Shown in pieces: positions 45,687 through 50,864 of a stretch of 50,864 bases of DNA. The notes under the pieces are model-generated. The model ran no database searches, was not told the DNA's origin, and saw only the letters and a program-made list of their open reading frames with translations. The first letter of the stretch is position 1. Each line of letters opens with the position of its first letter. A program made the translations under genes and the position numbers. Source of the stretch: a virus (taxonomy: Duplodnaviria; Caudoviricetes). The stretch is taken from positions 1-50,864 of the IMG/VR virus record IMGVR_UViG_3300012990_000003, one strand, 5' to 3'.

Positions 45687-45759
45687 GGGGTATAAACAGG
45701 ATAGACTGGAAGCTAACACTTCTCAGGACTCGGAGGGCAGTGCTCCGAATACTCCACCA
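45687..45759 (+). ncRNA. Minimal tmRNA-like RNA (tRNA-like domain only)
   Basis: Acceptor stem GGGGUAU/AUACUCC with G3-U70, A discriminator and CCA; stemless D loop AAACAGGAUAGAC; short hairpin; GAC linker; T arm UCGGAG-GGCAGUG-CUCCGA. Confidence 0.75.
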
Positions 45760-45786
45760 AAATAAAGAGAAACAAGGTTACTGAGC

Positions 45787-46071
45787 ATGACAGACAAAAA
45801 AAAGAAAAAACGTAAACCCTATAACGCTTCCACTGGTAGGGACTATAAAAGCGACTATGCCCAGTTCCAGGCCTCAGACTCTGCTAAAAAAGATAGGGCT
45901 TCCAGAAATTCGGCCCGTAGAGAAGCGGAGAAAGACGGTAAGGTTAGTAAGGGGGACGGCAAGGATATTGATCATTCTGACAGCAATCCTCGTAACAACA
46001 AGAAATCTAATCTGAAGGTTGTCTCTAAGAGTAAGAATCGGGGTAAAACCCGAAACGGTAAACGAGTGTAG
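45787..46071 (+). CDS. Small basic HNH-motif protein
   Basis: RDYK...RASRNSARR...KGDGKDIDH...N...NLKVVS.SKNR. Confidence 0.75.
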   Translation: MTDKKKKKRKPYNASTGRDYKSDYAQFQASDSAKKDRASRNSARREAEKDGKVSKGDGKDIDHSDSNPRNNKKSNLKVVSKSKNRGKTRNGKRV

Positions 46072-46095
46072 AAACTAAACCAAGAAGAAACTGCC

Positions 46096-46374
46096 ATGGC
46101 TACAATCACTACAAACAACGTCATCAATTTCATCCCGTATAAAGAACGGGCGCAAGAAATCCGAGACACGGCTACAGACGACCCCATGGACGTCTTTGAT
46201 TTAATGACTGAAGAAGACCTACTTTATCTTCTGAACGAACTAGAAGAAATGTATGGCATAGAGGAGCCGGCTAATGATATTGGATTTCCTTATGAAACTA
46301 TTCTCACCTTCACCCCAGAAGGCTCCGAAATCTGGAACGAAGACATCGCATCCTTCGATTTCGACCTTGACTGA
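46096..46374 (+). CDS. Highly acidic hypothetical protein
   Basis: Asp/Glu-rich ORF coupled to the lysozyme gene. Confidence 0.65.
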   Translation: MATITTNNVINFIPYKERAQEIRDTATDDPMDVFDLMTEEDLLYLLNELEEMYGIEEPANDIGFPYETILTFTPEGSEIWNEDIASFDFDLD

Positions 46375-46843
46375 GAAAGAAATAATCGCTCACCTCAAAT
46401 TAAGAGAAGGCGTACGAACTAAAGTATATAAAGACTCCCTGGGTAAGCTTACGGTTGGTGTAGGCCACTTAGTTCTACCAGAAGATAAGTTGTCTCTCGG
46501 GCAAGAGATATCTATGTTCGCTGTAGATACGTTCCTGCAGAAGGATATGGCGAAGGCTCTAGCCGCAGCAGTAGCTCAGACTAATCAGTTGCTGTACGTT
46601 ACTAGGGAGAATGAAAGAGCCACTATCATCAAAGCCCTGACGGCAGTTAACTTCCAACTAGGTACTGCCTGGAATAAGACTTTCAAGAATACCTGGAGGT
46701 TGATTGTTGCCGGTAAACTAAAGGATGCCGCCGAAGAGATTAAGGACTCTAGGTGGTACGTACAGACCCCCGTCCGAGTTAATGACTTTGCTAAGGCTTT
46801 GTTAGAACTAGAGGATTTGATAGACAAGAAACGAACATTATGA
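46367..46843 (+). CDS. Endolysin, T4-type (GH24) lysozyme
   Basis: Catalytic E-x8-D-x5-T (REGVRTKVYKDSLGKLTVGVGH), FQLG, SRWYVQTPVR; start inferred at TTG 46367. Confidence 0.88.
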   Translation: MTEKEIIAHLKLREGVRTKVYKDSLGKLTVGVGHLVLPEDKLSLGQEISMFAVDTFLQKDMAKALAAAVAQTNQLLYVTRENERATIIKALTAVNFQLGTAWNKTFKNTWRLIVAGKLKDAAEEIKDSRWYVQTPVRVNDFAKALLELEDLIDKKRTL

Positions 46844-47181
46844 CGAGCCAGATAGAATTGCCCTTTGAGGGCGACCCATTATATAACCAGATCCTCCCTC
46901 TTCCCCCTCAAGTTAGGGGGTTAATTTTCACTGTGGCTCAGATACGAGGCGAAAGCTTCAGCCCAGTTAAGACGTTGCAGCGGCTGTACTCCTTGCCAGA
47001 GACCGGCATGTGCAATGAAGAAACTTGTACTTATATCCAAAATATGTTAAACTTAAGTAATGCAGTTGACGTTCTGAAGGATATGGTAGGAGTCTTGTTA
47101 GATGAAGAAAAGTCTGACGTTAACATAAGAAAAATCTTACAATTCAAATATGAAAAGGAACTTACTAAATGCTTGATTTAA
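46840..47181 (+). CDS. Hypothetical protein in the lysis cassette
   Basis: ATGA coupling; weak resemblance to the peptidoglycan-binding part of GH108 lysins. Confidence 0.6.
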   Translation: MTSQIELPFEGDPLYNQILPLPPQVRGLIFTVAQIRGESFSPVKTLQRLYSLPETGMCNEETCTYIQNMLNLSNAVDVLKDMVGVLLDEEKSDVNIRKILQFKYEKELTKCLI

Positions 47182-47426
47182 TTCTGTCACACGTTAATCT
47201 GGATGCCGTTCTAGGCGCTGTAGCTGGTGCTTCCGCAGTACTGGCCGTAATGGGCGCTAGGAAGGTCCTGGGCCTCGTTAAGGCATCCTCCACAGTTCTG
47301 GATGACAAGGTTGTCCTGGCGGTTGTAGAGGCTCTGGTAGAGCAAGGAATCGTCAAGGAATCGGTCCTGAAGAAAGTTCGCGCTGAACTGCTTCCCCCTG
47401 AAGCTCCAGTAGTAGAGGTAAAATAA
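47169..47426 (+). CDS. Putative holin
   Basis: Hydrophobic AVLGAVAGASAVLAVMGA and TVLDD motif; lies between lysin and spanins. Confidence 0.5.
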   Translation: MLDLILSHVNLDAVLGAVAGASAVLAVMGARKVLGLVKASSTVLDDKVVLAVVEALVEQGIVKESVLKKVRAELLPPEAPVVEVK

Positions 47427-47427
47427 C

Positions 47428-47643
47428 ATGTTAGGTGCGGTAGGTATTATCCGCGCAGCGAAGGGGCTGGCACTCGTGCTGGCCCTTTACGTTGCCTATG
47501 ACATCGGCGGAGATAGGGTTAGGCTAAGTATAGCTAACACTAATTTGATTGAGGCGAAACACAATGAAGAAACTTATAAGACTGTCTACAGTAAGTCTGA
47601 TGCTGCTGTTCTTGACGGGCTGCGACAATACCAGAGGGATTAA
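47428..47643 (+). CDS. Putative inner-membrane spanin (Rz-like)
   Basis: N-terminal TM segment; overlapped by a lipoprotein gene. Confidence 0.65.
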   Translation: MLGAVGIIRAAKGLALVLALYVAYDIGGDRVRLSIANTNLIEAKHNEETYKTVYSKSDAAVLDGLRQYQRD

Positions 47644-47803
47644 CTCTGGGGCGGTAGTCTATGTATCTCAGGGAGTGACTATGTGGTCTCAGATCCCTCC
47701 GGAAGATATGGCTGCGCCTTTAGGTAATTATGTGGGCAGGGATATCCTTACCCCAGAAACAGCGAAAGGGATACTGTACAATAATGAAACTCTCTCTGAC
47801 TAA
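47564..47803 (+). CDS. Putative outer-membrane spanin lipoprotein (Rz1-like)
   Basis: MKKLIRLSTVSLMLLFLTGC lipobox; GAGG RBS; starts inside the Rz-like gene. Confidence 0.7.
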   Translation: MKKLIRLSTVSLMLLFLTGCDNTRGINSGAVVYVSQGVTMWSQIPPEDMAAPLGNYVGRDILTPETAKGILYNNETLSD

Positions 47804-47844
47804 TGAATTTAATTCTGCCGGGATATACGATTGGTATCTTACGC

Positions 47845-48561
47845 CTAACTCTTTTTCTCAGCTTCGAAGGCTTCTACAAAGAGTTGACAAATGCCTGATC
47901 GAACGATATCATCTGAAGTGAACTCGATCACTCCTACGTATCTCTTCAAGGCTTCGCTCTTATCTATTAGCTTGAGCAAATGACTCAGGCCGTTCACAGA
48001 ACCAATATCTGATTGGGTTAGATCTCCAGTAATAGCACAGGTTGAGTGCTCCCCAAGGCGCGTAACAAACGCCTTCATTTCTTCTAGAGTAGTGTTCTGA
48101 GCTTCATCTAGAATGACGAATGTATCCTCAAAGCTCCTCCCCCGAATCGTCTCGAATGGAACCGCCTCAATGTTGCCGTTCTTAACCTGAGACTCGATCA
48201 CACCCTTCCCCAAATACGCTTCTAAAGTAGACATAATAGGAATGATCCACGGCCCTACCTTCTCTTCCAGAGTACCAGGAAAGAACCCTAGTGATGTAGA
48301 GATAGGAACGTTAGGACGAGTGATGACGATCTTACTGACATCCTTATCCATAAGCATCTTAGCGGCTGTCACCGCGGTTAAGAAGGACTTCCCCGTACCA
48401 GCAGACCCTACGGCTACAGTAACAACCTTAGCTTTAAATGAATTGATTAGATCTGCTTGAGCTTTATTAAGCGGGGCGATCTTAGCGAACTTACTGTTTG
48501 TACGGTTGCTGATGGTTGGAGCGCTGTTATTATTGTTGAACTTAGATTTATTCGATGCCAT
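47845..48561 (-). CDS. phoH: PhoH-family ATPase
   Basis: GSAGTGKS, ITRP, LGFFPGTLEEK, RGRSF, LDEAQN, TRLG, GDLTQSD and DIVRS motifs. Confidence 0.95.
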   Translation of the reverse strand: MASNKSKFNNNNSAPTISNRTNSKFAKIAPLNKAQADLINSFKAKVVTVAVGSAGTGKSFLTAVTAAKMLMDKDVSKIVITRPNVPISTSLGFFPGTLEEKVGPWIIPIMSTLEAYLGKGVIESQVKNGNIEAVPFETIRGRSFEDTFVILDEAQNTTLEEMKAFVTRLGEHSTCAITGDLTQSDIGSVNGLSHLLKLIDKSEALKRYVGVIEFTSDDIVRSGICQLFVEAFEAEKKS

Positions 48562-48564
48562 AGA

Positions 48565-48786
48565 TTAGGTGAATCCTTTATCTGGGAAAGAGTAACAGGT
48601 ACTAGTAAGCTCTAGGATAGGTATCCCGTTGTCTCTTAACGAGTTTACCATTAGATAGAATTCTTCGTCGCCCTCAGTCTGGCATTCTCGGGAAGTATGG
48701 AAAGGGGCGGCCAATGGATAGGAGAACTTTAAGGGGCCCGTGTCTAGGGCTACAACTACAGTTAATACCGCTATCCATATGACCAT
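48565..48786 (-). CDS. Small exported protein
   Basis: Hydrophobic N-terminus, F.T..EC...C pattern, GGGGGA RBS. Confidence 0.6.
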   Translation of the reverse strand: MVIWIAVLTVVVALDTGPLKFSYPLAAPFHTSRECQTEGDEEFYLMVNSLRDNGIPILELTSTCYSFPDKGFT

Positions 48787-48812
48787 CTAATCCCCCATCT
48801 GTATACCCATTA

Positions 48813-48841
48813 AGTCTATACTACTTATTTCGGCTTGTCAA
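48813..48841 (-). promoter_or_regulatory. Sigma70-like promoter upstream of the phoH unit
   Basis: TTGACA-N17-TAGACT on the minus strand. Confidence 0.65.
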
Positions 48842-48977
48842 GGATTTCTTTAAGTTCCCTGACTAATTTGACCCCGTTGATCTGCAACTCTTCTATAGCC
48901 TTCTGCTTAACCTTCAAATTATCTTCGAAGGCTTTATCTAAAAGCGATTGATGACTCGTATCGAATAGTTTAATCAT
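48825..48977 (-). CDS. 50-aa hypothetical protein
   Basis: GGAGG RBS; MIKLFDTSHQSLLDKAFEDNLK... Confidence 0.55.
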   Translation of the reverse strand: MIKLFDTSHQSLLDKAFEDNLKVKQKAIEELQINGVKLVRELKEILDKPK

Positions 48978-49155
48978 GTTCCTCCAGCCTCTCTAATAAC
49001 TTGGTTAATACTTCAGTGTTGCCTACTAAGGCCGCAATGAATTTGTTCTCCAGGACAACAACCCTACGCCACAGAGTCACTGCTACGTAAATAAGGAAGG
49101 CCACTAAAAGTCCATATTCGTTAAATATCTTCGTCAGTGCTTCTTCTAAACTCAT
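48970..49155 (-). CDS. Small single-TM protein (BhlA-like holin candidate)
   Basis: EYGLLVAFLIYVAVTLW followed by a helical tail. Confidence 0.5.
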   Translation of the reverse strand: MSLEEALTKIFNEYGLLVAFLIYVAVTLWRRVVVLENKFIAALVGNTEVLTKLLERLEEHD

Positions 49156-49163
49156 AATAGCTT

Positions 49164-50864
49164 TTACTCTCTTTCGTATAACAAATCTAGTTCGCCGTAG
49201 TTTACCGTTTCTTGTTCTCTAGCCGGGACATCCGGTGCGGCAGTGTTGACTAGTCTACGCTTAATGCCTGATCGAACGGTAGAGTTGAAATCCCTATCTG
49301 TCTTCTTCCCTGCTTCTGCCGCGAACTTGTACAAGTCTTCGTACATATTTGCGATTACTCGGTCTAGACGGGCAGTATCTTTCCCTGCCAACTCCAGTTC
49401 ATTCCTCTGGTGGATCTTCCTTGATATGGATCCTAATCTGCGATCATATCCGAACTTCCATCCCAATCCCTGTAGGCGCTCTACGTTACGCTTCTCGTAC
49501 TCTCTCGATACTTGAGACGGTTGGAAACCCATGAACTTAGACATCTGCATACCCGGAGTAATCTCGTCCGGAGTCATAACCTGAGTTCCCTTAGCTGTAC
49601 GTATACCGTCATCAGGCCATACGGCAGCCGCCTTGTACATATTCCTGAATGCCGCAGGAGATAGCGTCTCAAACAGGGCTTCCCCCATATTCATCTCCCC
49701 AGACATAAGTTTATCATAGTTAGTGAAGATATTACGAACTTGCGATCCTGCTACCCCAGCGAACTGATCGGCTCCGCCGCGGCCCTGCATTAGAGGGATA
49801 ATAGCGTCCTGGAAGAAGAAGGGCATACCGATACGTCTAGAGATATCAATCCCTAAAGGCTTCAGGACACCCTCTACAGCCCCTTCAGCATAGGAGGGCT
49901 TAAGGTGAGCCCCTACAACCAGAGCTCGCTTGAATTCGTGGTGAAGGTCTATGTCCTTGCCTGTCGTCTGCTTGTACAGCATCTCGAAGGTCTCTTTCAT
50001 CAGTTCCCAACCGGGAATGCCGTACAGGCCCGCGAGGAGCATGGTGGACAGGAGAATGTACGCTGCAGCTTGCTTGTTAACCGCGTTGCCGTTTATAAGG
50101 CGGTTCATAAGGCCCATCATCATCAGTGGGTGCTGCATGAATGGGAAGAGCATAGCCCCGTACCAACCTTGCTGGTTCTTGCCTCTACCGAGCTTGCCGA
50201 ACATCCCGTGAGTCTCATCGATAGCGTAGAGGGCCGCATATACCGCCGGCTCTACGTCAGAGTTAAGATCCTTGTATGTATGCCATCTAGGATTGCCCTC
50301 GACGAAGTTACCCTCGAACTTAGCAATAGCACCAGGCTCCGAGAGGGTTTCGTACAGAGACATGAAGGCAGCGATCCTTGAGATCTCCTCCCCCGTCTGA
50401 ACCGGGAACGCTAGAGTTTTCTTCCCTACAGTTTTAATGAACTTCATGTAGCCGCTCGTACCCGGCTTACCTGAGGTGAAGCTATTCTCTCCTAGCATAT
50501 CGTCTGCTCTGGCCGGGCGGAATTCTCCCCGGTCATAAGCTACCTTAACAGCATTAGCCAACTTCTCGTCTTTAATGTGCTTCTTCAGAAACGTGCTGTC
50601 ACCGAACTTATCGATATCGAACTTAGAGTCAGCCAGCATCTTCACAGCGTTCTTAAAGTTCTTAGCGATCCTAGCATTGTTCGTCAGGGGATTACCCGTA
50701 TAGGTATTCATTATCCCAGTGACAAAGGTAGGCAGAGTAATGAGCTGAAGTACGCCGGTAGAGACGTTACCGCCGAGAGCGAACATGAAGTTGAAGGCTC
50801 TCAAGCCGGCCATATCGGTCGAGGATTTAGTTACGTAATCGAACTGTTCCTTATAGAACTTCTG
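49164..50864 (-). CDS. C-terminal part of a large internal virion/ejection protein (starts beyond the window)
   Basis: Frame is open to the right edge; hydrophobic LLSTMLLAGLYGIPG and GIDISRRIG segments typical of large phage ejection/polyvalent proteins. Confidence 0.65.
   Translation of the reverse strand, partial: QKFYKEQFDYVTKSSTDMAGLRAFNFMFALGGNVSTGVLQLITLPTFVTGIMNTYTGNPLTNNARIAKNFKNAVKMLADSKFDIDKFGDSTFLKKHIKDEKLANAVKVAYDRGEFRPARADDMLGENSFTSGKPGTSGYMKFIKTVGKKTLAFPVQTGEEISRIAAFMSLYETLSEPGAIAKFEGNFVEGNPRWHTYKDLNSDVEPAVYAALYAIDETHGMFGKLGRGKNQQGWYGAMLFPFMQHPLMMMGLMNRLINGNAVNKQAAAYILLSTMLLAGLYGIPGWELMKETFEMLYKQTTGKDIDLHHEFKRALVVGAHLKPSYAEGAVEGVLKPLGIDISRRIGMPFFFQDAIIPLMQGRGGADQFAGVAGSQVRNIFTNYDKLMSGEMNMGEALFETLSPAAFRNMYKAAAVWPDDGIRTAKGTQVMTPDEITPGMQMSKFMGFQPSQVSREYEKRNVERLQGLGWKFGYDRRLGSISRKIHQRNELELAGKDTARLDRVIANMYEDLYKFAAEAGKKTDRDFNSTVRSGIKRRLVNTAAPDVPAREQETVNYGELDLLYERE

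Noticed and set aside
45687-45759. Canonical tRNA-Ala, or an attP fragment of host ssrA
   Set aside because: No D stem, no UGC/GGC anticodon and no UUC T loop. Both the 5' and 3' halves plus a promoter are present and no integrase is in the window, unlike a simple attachment-site duplication.

Overview
The window is most of a tailed dsDNA phage genome. It contains no host genes, integrase or RNA polymerase. The minus strand carries virion genes at 1-13.6 kb (tail/fibre proteins, head-tail adaptor, major capsid, scaffold, GroES, portal, TerL, TerS) and at 47.8-50.9 kb (PhoH, small membrane proteins, the C-terminus of a large internal-virion protein). A repeat-rich non-coding region at 13.6-14.7 kb probably holds the genome ends and separates these genes from a long plus-strand arm. 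That arm encodes many small early ORFs, three HNH proteins, RtcB, an amidoligase/class II glutamine amidotransferase/ATP-grasp cluster, a T7 gp4-like primase-helicase, two metallophosphoesterases, a family A DNA polymerase, SSB, nucleases, a deoxynucleoside kinase and a lysis cassette with overlapping spanins, indicating a Gram-negative host (possibly alphaproteobacterial). Two observations stand out. (1) A 73-nt RNA gene at 45687-45759, with its own candidate promoter, looks like the tRNA-like domain of tmRNA (G3-U70, encoded CCA, alphaproteobacterial-type T loop) with the whole mRNA-like domain replaced by a short hairpin. (2) A dispersed family of about 7-11 divergent small early proteins shares a C-terminal G-x(2-3)-HPN motif. 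All calls come from motif recognition by eye; no database searches were run.
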